Of a DNA stretch of 64,000 nt, positions 1-9,900 are shown one piece after another. Positions within the stretch are counted from its first letter, which is position 1. The number at the start of each line of letters is the position of its first letter. The stretch is from Clostridia bacterium (GTDB taxonomy: Bacteria; Bacillota; Clostridia; UBA1212), in assembly GCA_017444825.1 (NCBI GenBank), contig JAFSVU010000015.1, positions 413 through 64,412 of the forward strand, given 5' to 3'. Position numbers and translations under genes: made by a program. The notes under the pieces are model-generated. The model saw only the letters and a program-made list of their open reading frames with translations. It was not told the origin of the DNA and did not search any database.

Positions 1-95
1 TAAAAAGCGCACTTACTCGCCACCGCAGGCGGTGATACTGTGCTGAAAAAGAAAATCGAGTATCCATAACTGAAGTCCGTTATGAATACTCGATA

Positions 96-226
96 TGGTG
101 CGGATAGCAGGACTTGAACCTGTATGGAGTCGCCCCCACACGGACCTGATGGTAGCGTCTCCTTGGTGAAAAAGCGACATAGGAAGCCATCAAAGCCACT
201 AATACTTTTCCATATCAGTCCATTAT
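96..226 (-). repeat. att-like repeat copy 1: perfect 54-bp duplicate of the tRNA-Leu 3-prime end (96-149 = 957-1010) followed by a B arm (150-226) homologous to 3484-3571
   Basis: Positions 96-149 are identical to 957-1010 (reverse complement of the tRNA-Leu T-arm, acceptor and variable arm). Blocks tggtagcgtNNccttggtgaaaaa and ccactaatactNttcc..cagtcca are shared with the copy at 3484-3571. The repeat ends at the stop codon of ORF 226..621. Confidence 0.8.
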
Positions 227-956
227 TACTCCTCAAGAACGATATATCTTCCATTAACAAGCACCGAATGATATTTTTTGTAGAACGATAGTCCTGGCAT
301 CGATGAAAAATCTCCAAAATATCTATTCATACACAAGATCACTGACTGCAAAGGAAGTTTCAATTCATTACCATGTTCATTTTTGCATCTATGCCACCAT
401 TTCCAACGCAGCTCATTTGGGCATGATTCGAGATTTTGAGAGATACCAATATTCACATAGTAATCATCCTTCGACCAAGAAGAGCCTTGAACATGAATGC
501 ACAAGTAATAATCTCCCTGAGCTTTGTACCAGTATGACTTTGATTTGGAATAATCGTGTTTTTTAAGGTAAGAGTCTATTTTTTGGATAAATACAATTCT
601 ACTATTATTTTGGTCTGACATATGTTATCAACTCCCCAGTCCATCCTTCGCCAAGAATAGACAAATATCTGTTTAACTGGCTAATTCCTCTACTGACAGC
701 TGCTGGATTATTTGGCTTTAATTCATACAATGACCGATTTTTACTTACCCTAAACTTATCGCTGATTTGTTCTCCTAATCAAATGGATCCCGACAGTCTG
801 GGCTGGTACGGAAAAGTATTAGTGGTACTTCTAATCCTTATGCATACAAAATCCACTGAAATGATACTTCATCTTGAACTCTCAGTCAACCTTGAATTCT
901 TTCTCAATCAATCAAAAAAGCAACAGCCCCGGGACGTTAATCTCGAGGCTGCTTAG
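150..956 (-). mobile_element. remnant tRNA-integrated element (no integrase) bounded by tRNA-Leu and its 54-bp direct repeat; its only cargo is an orphan immunity-like gene
   Basis: Intact tRNA-Leu at 957-1043 and a perfect 54-bp direct repeat of its 3-prime end at 96-149. The enclosed 807 bp are AT-rich and carry a single small ORF. Confidence 0.45.
226..621 (-). CDS. orphan immunity-like protein of a polymorphic-toxin system (small, low-GC; resembles DUF4304-type immunity proteins)
   Basis: 131-aa ORF in an AT-rich patch. Motif ...WYKAQGDYYLCIHVQGSSWSKDDYYVNIGI. It terminates inside the B arm of the att-like repeat, exactly as the RHS immunity gene at 3571..3930 does. No homology to that immunity protein. 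Confidence 0.45.
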   Translation of the reverse strand: MSDQNNSRIVFIQKIDSYLKKHDYSKSKSYWYKAQGDYYLCIHVQGSSWSKDDYYVNIGISQNLESCPNELRWKWWHRCKNEHGNELKLPLQSVILCMNRYFGDFSSMPGLSFYKKYHSVLVNGRYIVLEE

Positions 957-1043
957 TGGTGCGGATAGCAGGACTTGAACCTGTATGGAGTCGCCCCCAC
1001 ACGGACCTGAACCGTGCGCGTCTGCCAATTCCGCCATATCCGC
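957..1043 (-). tRNA. tRNA-Leu (anticodon CAG), class II with long variable arm
   Basis: Reverse complement reads GCGGATA-TG-GCGGAATTGGCAGACGC-G-CACGG-TTCAGGT-CCGTG-TGGGGGCGACTCCATAC-AGGTTCAAGTCCTGC-TATCCGC-ACCA. The 7-bp acceptor stem pairs. Anticodon loop TT-CAG-GT. T-loop TTCAAGT. CCA is encoded. Confidence 0.8.
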
Positions 1044-1074
1044 ATTGGCAACTCGTTTTCAGACGAGCGGGGTT

Positions 1075-1103
1075 ATGGTACTCCTTTTTCTCGCCGTTGT
1101 CAA
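1075..1103 (-). promoter_or_regulatory. putative sigma-A promoter of tRNA-Leu (-35 TTGACA at 1098-1103, -10 TACCAT at 1075-1080, 17-bp spacer)
   Basis: Read on the minus strand. The same TTGACA-18-TAcagT arrangement is conserved upstream of the pseudo-tRNA copy at 10649-10678. Confidence 0.4.
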
Positions 1104-1248
1104 GCTTTATTTGATCCGGGGCGGTAACAAGGTCAACGACAATAAGGCCGAAATACCCCGGCCTCCGTTGTCCGCCTGCATTTTCTTCCGCAAGCTTGCG
1201 TTTAAATTTCCAAAATGTCCGCGGTCCCGCGGGAGCCATTGGCGCTTT

Positions 1249-2586
1249 TTAGTTGTGATATCTGTCATACAGAATTTCACCGCAAAGACTCAGCTTTTCG
1301 CGGAGCGTCAATGCCGTGTCGCTGACGTATTCATCTGCCCACGAGTAAACCTCTTCGGGAATTTTGCCTTCGGTAAGAAGCTTGCCCTCCAGCGTACTTA
1401 TGAGTATACGGCTGCCTTCGAGATAATTGTTTAGCTTTTCCGCGAAAGAGACCATCGAGTCCACCGGCAATGGATCTTTGCCGTTTCGGTCAAAGCTTAC
1501 GGACATACCGTCTGCCGCGTAAAACCCTTCAGTCTCCGAATAGGCGTAGAGCACGAAGGTGTAGTTGGAGATGCCCTGGTTGGTGTAGGGACAGTATTGG
1601 AGTATGCAATACTTGCCGTCAACGGTACAGAGGCTGAAGCTGTTCCATTGTGGATGGTAGCAGCTGAGCGACAGATCAAGTGTCTTTTCACCCGCCCCAG
1701 TGGCTTTCAGAATGAAGACCGGCAGGGAGTCTTCGGTGTCCATCTGCACGATTTCAACATTTTCTGTCTTGCCGTCGCCGTTAAAGTCTTCCGACAGCTG
1801 CTTCAGCGTTTTGTATCGGCGGTGTATACTGTCCTCGATGAGCTTGGCGTTTTCGGAATCGAGCCTGTGGGCAAATTGCCACGGGTTGATGATATGCTCG
1901 AAGTCTCCGGCGGTGCTTGACGTGCAGAACAGATATTCCTGCCCTATTGCCACTGTGCAGTCATCGTCACCGCCAACGCAGATCACCGGCGCCGACCCGT
2001 CGGCTGCAAGGCCTGAAGCTATGAGCAACTCTGCCTGCTCGGTTTCATTGTATCCCTTGAGGCCGCCGATCTTGCATATCTTTGTCTCTTCCGAGACCGT
2101 CCCCTTTCGCCTTTCTCCTACGGTCACCGTGTAGACCGTATGGAGCATGGCGGACGCAGTTCCTTCTTCCGCGGGATCTACCGTTTTCCCTGTTTTAAGG
2201 TCAATAACGGCAAAAGAGATATCCGAAACAACGCCGGTGAAAATATTGGTCGAGGCGTCGATTATCTCCTCCGCGGTTTTGTATACAGGCCAGTCTGCGT
2301 TCACAACGTTGTACAGATAGCCTTCTGACTCCTTTGAGTCGCCGTCCTCAGTCGAAAGATCCTTCGGATAATCTCCGGGGTCCACAGGGTGTTTGCCGCC
2401 AAGGAACCGGATGCCGAGAACCGCGGCGACCGACGCGATCACAAGAACCGCGGCAAGGGAGACCGCCAGCACTTTTACCCGCGCCGCAGTCTTTTCCTCC
2501 TTCGCCTTCTTTTTTTCTATCATTTCACCGTATTCCGGACTGTTGACGATGGAGGACATAGTCTTCCTGAATTCACCGTTTTCCAT
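1249..2586 (-). CDS. anti-sigma-factor-like single-pass membrane protein (short cytoplasmic N-terminus, one TM helix, roughly 390-aa extracytoplasmic domain)
   Basis: 445 aa. A hydrophobic helix VKVLAVSLAAVLVIASVAAVLGI follows a charged N-terminus. The gene overlaps the upstream regulator gene by 14 nt (2573-2586), the usual sigma/anti-sigma arrangement. Confidence 0.55.
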   Translation of the reverse strand: MENGEFRKTMSSIVNSPEYGEMIEKKKAKEEKTAARVKVLAVSLAAVLVIASVAAVLGIRFLGGKHPVDPGDYPKDLSTEDGDSKESEGYLYNVVNADWPVYKTAEEIIDASTNIFTGVVSDISFAVIDLKTGKTVDPAEEGTASAMLHTVYTVTVGERRKGTVSEETKICKIGGLKGYNETEQAELLIASGLAADGSAPVICVGGDDDCTVAIGQEYLFCTSSTAGDFEHIINPWQFAHRLDSENAKLIEDSIHRRYKTLKQLSEDFNGDGKTENVEIVQMDTEDSLPVFILKATGAGEKTLDLSLSCYHPQWNSFSLCTVDGKYCILQYCPYTNQGISNYTFVLYAYSETEGFYAADGMSVSFDRNGKDPLPVDSMVSFAEKLNNYLEGSRILISTLEGKLLTEGKIPEEVYSWADEYVSDTALTLREKLSLCGEILYDRYHN

Positions 2587-3073
2587 TTTTGTGCTCCTTC
2601 AGAAACTGCCTGAGTTTTCTTCTGAGTCTCGAAAGTCTCATCCTGACCGCAGGCTCTGTCATGTTAAGCTCGTTGGCGATAGTCTTGACCGTTTTCATAA
2701 ACGAGTACCGTCCCGTGAAGATCACGTTGTCCTTCGAATTCTGTTTCGACAGAAAATCCCGCAGCGCAGTCTCGAGCTCATGAGCCTCCCTGTTTTCCGA
2801 AGAGACATCAGATGCCATTTCTTCTATTTCGGCATCGATGATCCCGAGCTCCGCATGCGAGGCGTAGGCGTACCCTTTATCGCCAATGATATCGCTTTCA
2901 GCTACTCCGAAGAGCTTCGCCATTCCGGAAACAGAGCAGCCGTCAGGCACACGGGTGCCTGCCTCCCACATTGCCACGAGGGACCGGGACACGAAAAGGC
3001 GGTCCGCAAGATCCTGCTGTGTCAGGCCGTTATCATTTCTCAGTTTGGCGATGATCTCTTGAGTATCCTTCAT
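2573..3073 (-). CDS. two-HTH regulator: N-terminal XRE-family helix-turn-helix fused to a C-terminal sigma-70 region-4 (ECF-type) domain, with no region 2
   Basis: 166 aa. LRNDNGLTQQDLADRLFVSRSLVAMWEAGTRVP is a Cro/C1-type HTH. VIFTGRYSFMKTVKTIANELNMTEPAVRMRLSRLRRKLRQFL matches sigma-70 region 4.2. No sigma region-2 motifs lie between them. Confidence 0.6.
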   Translation of the reverse strand: MKDTQEIIAKLRNDNGLTQQDLADRLFVSRSLVAMWEAGTRVPDGCSVSGMAKLFGVAESDIIGDKGYAYASHAELGIIDAEIEEMASDVSSENREAHELETALRDFLSKQNSKDNVIFTGRYSFMKTVKTIANELNMTEPAVRMRLSRLRRKLRQFLKEHKNGKR

Positions 3074-3430
3074 TCTTTATCCCGTTGTCAAAAGCAATGC
3101 CGACAGTGCCGCAAAAGTATGACCGGTCACTTTTGCCCTTTCATTCTATCACAACCAAGGACGTATGTCTGTCACAAAAGGTAACAGGTCCAAGTTCCCT
3201 GAAACCGCGGGACGAAAGGCCTCATGCCGGGTCAAACCCCTTGCAATACTTCCGCGCGGTTCAGAAAAGCTTCAAGCCGTTTTCTCAGCTTGAGAAGCTT
3301 TATATGCAGATAAAAATCGAGAAAAAAAGCGTCGATAGCCATAAAAATCCGAAGGCAATGGCATCGAATGAGATTGGCTGGATTGATGAAAAAACAACCC
3401 CGAAGCATTGAATTTCGAGGTTGCTTCATG

Positions 3431-3571
3431 TTGCGGAACCGCCGCCTTGAACCTGTATGGAGTCGCCCCCACACGGACCTGATGGTAGCGTGACCTTGGT
3501 GAAAAATGTGTGCCAGCGAATATCTTTCCTGCGCATTATCCACTAATACTATTCCGTACCAGTCCACTATT
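3431..3571 (-). repeat. att-like repeat copy 3 (attP-like: B arm + 29-bp tRNA core + A-prime arm); its 45-bp stretch 3439-3483 is identical to 10540-10584
   Basis: The 29-bp core tgtatggagtcgcccccacacggacctga lies at 3455-3483. The B arm (3484-3571) is homologous to 150-226. The A-prime arm ccgccgccttgaacc is shared with the copy at 10540-10554. The repeat abuts the immunity-gene stop codon. Confidence 0.75.
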
Positions 3572-3930
3572 TAGGATAAATCAAAACTTGTATAACCCAA
3601 TTCAATTATTGCCCTTTCCAAGTCAAGAAATAATCTTACAGCGGATTGCCTTTTAAACAAATGCCATAACAGATTATCTCTCAAGACCACCTTAATTTTG
3701 GGTTTAGAATAAAAAATAAATGATAGACTTGTAATGTCCCTAGTAGCCACGCACAAAGAATTAGTTTTATTCTCAATAGAGTAGTTTTGAGCGCATTCTT
3801 TTAGAGAAATTAAAAGCTTTTTATTTTTGGAATGAAGAATTATACAGTCATTATTAATTTCAAATGAACGAGGACTAAATACATTAATCATTTGAAGATG
3901 TGCCTCCTTTTTATTGTGTAAGAAAAACAT
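3571..3930 (-). CDS. putative cognate immunity protein for the RHS C-terminal toxin
   Basis: 119-aa low-GC ORF immediately downstream of the RHS gene, overlapping it by 20 nt (3911-3930). This is the typical position of toxin-immunity pairs in RHS/WapA loci. Confidence 0.5.
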   Translation of the reverse strand: MFFLHNKKEAHLQMINVFSPRSFEINNDCIILHSKNKKLLISLKECAQNYSIENKTNSLCVATRDITSLSFIFYSKPKIKVVLRDNLLWHLFKRQSAVRLFLDLERAIIELGYTSFDLS

Positions 3931-6900
3931 TAATTATTTCATAGCCAAGCGCTCTTAATGCAGCTATTCTATGATGACCATCTGCGATTTGATACAACCC
4001 TTCTCCTATTTCTGAAACAAAAATTTTCCCGTATCCATCTTGAGGGATAGATTTGATATAATTTTCTATGACACCTTCTGCTGGTCCAACAGTGACAAAA
4101 TCGTCTGATGGATTGTTAACTATTCTATCAAGTTTTACTTTAGTTGGCACTATACCTGATTTTTGCAACAATTTTCTAATCTCGAATATAGCTGCACCGA
4201 TTATAGCACCGCCTGCTGTAGCGACAACTGTACCGCTGTTTCCTTTCTCATTAAACTCCTCTACTGAATTCGAAGTGGAAGCAGCTGACAAAACCGCCAT
4301 GCCATAAACAGCGGCCGAGCCTATAAACGCTCCAGCTGCAATAGTTGACGCTGTTGTAACACCAGCAATTCCAGAGGCAACTAAACCAACAGTAGTTGCT
4401 GCTGCAGCAAATCCTCCACAAGTAATAACAGTCGCAGCAGCACAAGCCACAACAATAGCCGCGCCTATAGCCCAATGCCACCATGCTTTTCCGCTAGGAT
4501 CAATATGGTTTACCGGATCATTCCCGCAATAACAGAACAGGTTCGTTCCAAGCGGTCCGTCCTGCAGATTCAGTTGCGAATCTGGATTTATGAATCTTCC
4601 CATTACAGGATCATAATATCTGCTCTGCAGATAATAAAAGCCGGTCTCTTTATCGTAATAATAGCCGCGGTATCTGATAGGATTGATGTAACCTATGCTC
4701 GTTGTGTCATTCGTGATGTCATTGCCGCTGCCATCTTTAATCGATACGACAGAGCCCCATGTATCGTAGGTATAAACAGCAACGACCGCGCCTGAACTGT
4801 TAATTATGTGAGTTACATCCCCCTGAATATTTCTCACATATCTGTAATGCGATGTCCCCGATCCGTTCTGATAATATGAAAACCCGCATACGCGTCCCGC
4901 TCCGTCGAAATCATAGACGATCTCATAAGAGCCGTCCGTTGCCCACTCTGATCTAAGTCTGTTGCCGATCCAACAGTACTTAATAGTTGTCAAATTTAGA
5001 GTATTGGAAATGTGGGATTTTTGCGTTCTGAGACCGTCAGCGTCATACACGTAATTGTACGGAAATGTGACTCCGTAGCCTTTGGCTGAAGCAAGTCTGT
5101 TCCCCTGCGTCCATGTTAGATCTCTTAGGAAATATTTTGTCGGATTGTATATCGCATCATAGCCGAAATATGTAGAAGTTCCGTAATATGTGGTCAAAAG
5201 ATCGCTGTACGAGTTCAAATACCCGCTGACAGCAAAGGCAACATGCTGAACGCTTGACTCGAGATTTTGTGTTAACACGGTCGGGCTGTACGGAAATGTA
5301 ATCTTTGCGGTTCTGTTTCCTCGATTATCGTAGTAGTATTTGATCGTGTATCCGTTCCCGCTATTCAGCTTTTTGTTGTCTTCACGAATGAGCTGCCCCA
5401 ATGAATCGTATTCAAAGTTGTGGGTTTGAACACCTTTTTCCGAAATCGTCTTGATCTTTCCGTTTTCATAATAGGTGTATGTCAAAGTCGGTACGGATGA
5501 TATTGAACATGTTTCCGAGGAAACAAGAGCAGTCTCATTCGAAACGCTATAGAAATGATCATTGTACAAGACGCTGCTTGTTTTTGTAAGATACGTATAT
5601 GATTTGGTTAACGGAGTGCTTGAATTGCCGTAACTCGATGATGTGATCCTTCCGAAATTATCGAATGTAATAACCTTTTTCGCAAAAGTACCGGTCCCGG
5701 TTATTGTCTTATTGCCTTCGTCAACTGTTGTTATCGACCTGTACTCCAATCCTGTAAAAGCTGTTGTAAAACGTTCGTATTCCGTATTCGTGCCCGTAGA
5801 GTAATGATAGGTCACTTCATTGCCGTCGCTCGAAAGGATATATACAAGTTTTCCTTCCTGATCGTAACTGTATTCTTTTGTGACAGTACCGGCGGAATTC
5901 GACCGGTCGATATATTTAACAACGTTCCCTTTCTGGTCATAAAACCATGCGAAAGTCGCATTGTCCACAGTTGCGTTTGCCGAAAAAGCTATGAATTTAA
6001 GATTTCCCTGAGCATCGTAACTGTAATACTTTGTCTGACCGTTTCCATAATCCAGCCTTGTCAATAAACCGTATACTCCGTATGTGTAGGAGGCCATGTT
6101 TCGAAGCAGGCTTGCATTGCTGTCTAAAATGGAAAATGAAGTCTTTTTACCCTCATTGTTTCTATCAAAACAATAGGAAATAGTATCTCCGGTGACACTT
6201 ATGCTGTCCGCGGAATAGCTCATTCCGAACGAAGCAGTTCCGACGGTTTCCGAAGACAAGCGTCCGTATGAATCGTACGTGTAGTAAGTGACCGTTCCGT
6301 CTCCGTCAGTAACAGACAGGAGATCCTGCGTTGTCAAAGAATAGGAATATGTGATATATCTTCCCGAATCGTCTGTTTCCTTTTCAAGCAAAGATCCGTC
6401 AGACGAATAAATAAAGAACCGGTGAGATGTCTCATTGCCGTTTGTATCCACTTCTATTTCGGTTACGCTTCCGTGCGAGTTATACGCATAATACGTTTGC
6501 GTGCAAATGTCAGAGCTACCTGCGGCGCTCGGAACGAACAATTCGGTGACTGACGTGATCTGTGTCGGAATCAGACTGTTGTACTCATATGTTACCGTTG
6601 TCTCGTTGTTTCTTCGATCATTTGAAACCGTTTCGGTAAGCAGTGAAGGGATATACGGATCATACGAGTATTCGGTCCATATGCCCGAAAAAGTCCTCTC
6701 TTTTTCAATTCGCCCTAACAGATCATAATAGTATAAACTTCTGTCCGAATAGTCGCCTATCTTGTTAACATATTCCACCGTAACACCGCCGAACAGAACG
6801 TCGGTATAGTTGTAGTCATTTACGAGACTGACGGTGACGTAGCCCGAATAGCTTTCTACGGGGATTATTACACTAAAAAACTGCCAGTCCTTCGTCGCAG

Positions 6901-9900
6901 AAGAAAACAGGAATTCTTCATCCGGGACATTTCCGTTGCCAAAATGCAGAACTATTCCGAATCTTCCTGTGGTGACAGCTTTGCCTTTACCGAATCCGCT
7001 GACAACAAGATACGCTCCGGAATATACGGGTGTAGACAGCACCTGGCTGACACTCCTCGTTTGACCTATGTTTCCCGGAACCGATATACTTCTGATACGT
7101 TCGTTTGTGACAACGGTCGGAGTAAACGATCCGCTCACTGTCCATGCGGATAACCCGTTATAGAACCCGCTGTCGGAGATCTGATTTGCCGGTCTTGAAT
7201 TTGCACCCTCAGTGAGCGAAACAAGGTCGAAATATAGATTGCCGCTGAGATTTTTGACGCCAATGAGTATGTATATGCTCCCTGCCGTTGCCGAATCCGG
7301 TATTTCAAATGTGTACTGGGCAGTCGCGTCGAGATCATAATTGAGACAAGGAGAAAGCAATCTTACGTTCGAAGTAGAAGCAGTGTTGTACATTATCCCA
7401 AGGACAACTCCTCCGAATCCGTTTAATGATGCAACATCTACATCGGCAGACAGAGTGTATGTTTTCCCGGGCACTGCGGCCGACACCGGATACTTTGCGT
7501 AGACTTCCGAAGACTGACTCGACGAATACAGTCTGAAACAATCACTTCCGTGTTTTGACGATAAAAAATGACCGCTGGTATCCGCGGAATAAAGACCTCC
7601 TGACCCGGACACGGAATACAAAACCCACGAACTGGTTTTTTCCGAGAAATCTTTTACAAGATTGCTGTCGACCATCAAAGACGAAGTCTTACCGGTAACG
7701 AGATGCATATTCGACAGATCTTCGCCGTCATATTCACTCCCGGAAACGTTTCCGTAGCTGTCAAATACCGAGGATGTCCGTCCGTTTCTGTCAAAATATA
7801 TGTACTCTGTCCAGATAGCGTCAATGGACAGAAAACCATACCTGTAACCATATTCGGTATGGTCTCCATACGTGATATATGCTATCTCACTCATACCATA
7901 AACGCCTTCGTCGTCTGCAGCGTATTTAATGATATATGATACCCGGTTTATTCCGTTAGTTGCGCCCGAGGTGTATCCAAACTGAACATATTGTCTGTCA
8001 TAGGTCTCGGCAGATGTTTTTCTGTACCCGAATCGGGATATGGTTCCGTTTGTGTTGTATGCAAATGTGCTACTTTCCCCAGAAGATGTGTTTATTGCTG
8101 TAAGATAATTGCCGGTATATGAGAAAGAAATACCGCGCAGAGGACAATCCGCGTTTTCGACTGTCGTAAGTCGCGAGCCGCTATAGACAAAATCGATCTC
8201 CAAACCGCTTCCGTCAAAAACACAATTAATTTGAGAAGATGATCCTGAATAACAGATTATATAGCTATCACCGTATTCATTTTCGAATTCGCAAAGATAA
8301 CCGTAAGAATTGAAATATGCCTTACTTCCATCGCTGAATTCGATCATCCTTGCTGCCGGATCGTAGAGATCGAACGGATTTTCTTCGGAGAAATAAAAAT
8401 AGCCCGACCCGGGGACAAAGTAGTGTTTTGCTCCGGTTCCGTCTGTAAGGACATAATAGGTGTATGTGTCGTCGTTGATATCCGTGACTGTCTCTGCCTT
8501 CATCGTCTGCATTATCGAAGGTCTCCAGCCTGTTCCGTAATATGTATCCGTCGCCGTGCCGATAAATGAAGAATTAAACACCAGATCAACGGACACAGGC
8601 AATATCTCACCTTTAGTGGAAATCCCCGGATGAATGAATGTCAAATCACCATTTATGTCTTTGATACATGCCGTTCCTGAACCGTCAATGGAAATTCTGT
8701 GAGTGGACTGATATGAATTAAGTCCTGAGTGATCCGCATAAGTAATTTGAAGTGCAGTAAGGACACTATGTGCAAAAGACGGCATTGTTCCGTAAAGGCA
8801 TTCCGCTCCAAACATGAATCCATTGTTTGCGCCTGAAAAAGTGTGGCGCATTACATTGGTGATATCAAGATCAAAATAGATATTTGCATAAGGTAGGAAA
8901 ATATACTGGTTCCTGCAGGAATCCGTCAGTCCCTCAAAAGCGGAAGGAACCGAAGGCAGTGTTCCTCCCGCCAGGACTGCCTGTGGAGACCACGTATCAC
9001 TGATCATTTCAGACCGAAACGCATAGGTGCCGGTGTAAGTGACCGGGGATGAATTATTGACACTAAATGATGCTACTGCATGCGTGATAACTGCACTGTC
9101 GGGAATTCCGTTTAAAATACAGTCATCAAATTTGATGTAAGAAACCGTGTTTGCGCCCACTGCGATCGTATTCCACCGCGTTGAGCCGTTGACATATACT
9201 GCCTCATAAGCGTAATCATCATCCGGATACGAAATGCTGATCGTAGGATCGATTTTGACGGGAAATTCCCTGTTCTCATCATTTATCCACTCTGCATCGG
9301 CAATGACAGTGATAAGATAACCGTTTTCGGTTTCAACAAGAGTGAGAAAGACTTGATCCGAACATTCGTCCTTGGCGTCTTTCATATACTCTGCGGTCAA
9401 TTTGTAAACTGCGTTTCCGGATTCATCATATATGAAAACACAGTTGTCTTTTAGCAAAGCACTGCTGTTATTTACTGAAAGAATAAACGGGTATACGTAC
9501 TGTTCGAAACCGCCCTCGTTTACGACAATATTTTCTTTTATCTCATAGGGCTTTATCGAATATTCAAGAGAAGCGGAAGGAGAAGTGTCAGAACCTGAAA
9601 ACAAATTATTGTAAACAACAGTCCCGTTCTCACAGGGGTTTTCGGTCAGCAGTTCATCATCGGTGTGAGTAGCCGATTCATACCGTGCCTCAGAAGGTTC
9701 TGCTAAAGAAGTAACGGGAGTAAGAGAAAGAGATACACCGTTGTAATCAAGATCAATTAGTTCATTGGCGTCTTCCGAAGAAGCAGCAAACGAGAGTGTA
9801 TAGGGAGCATCGGTAGTTGAAAGTCGTCCCTCCTGCTCGTGAAGAGTAAGGTTGATCTTCTTCCATACTCCCTCACCGGTTTTGTAATTGACCGGGCTGC

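Noticed and set aside
937-1239. Six-frame ORFs 937..1239(-), 3232..3567(-) and 10375..10650(-), all sharing the peptide RSVWGRLHTGS
   Set aside because: They are translations through the tRNA-Leu-derived repeat copies. The shared peptide reflects the repeated DNA, not a protein family.
3085-3411. ORF 3085..3411(+) of 108 aa in the regulator/att intergenic region
   Set aside because: No ribosome-binding site, no motifs, and it lies in a GC-rich spacer opposite the flow of all neighbouring genes. Probably non-coding.
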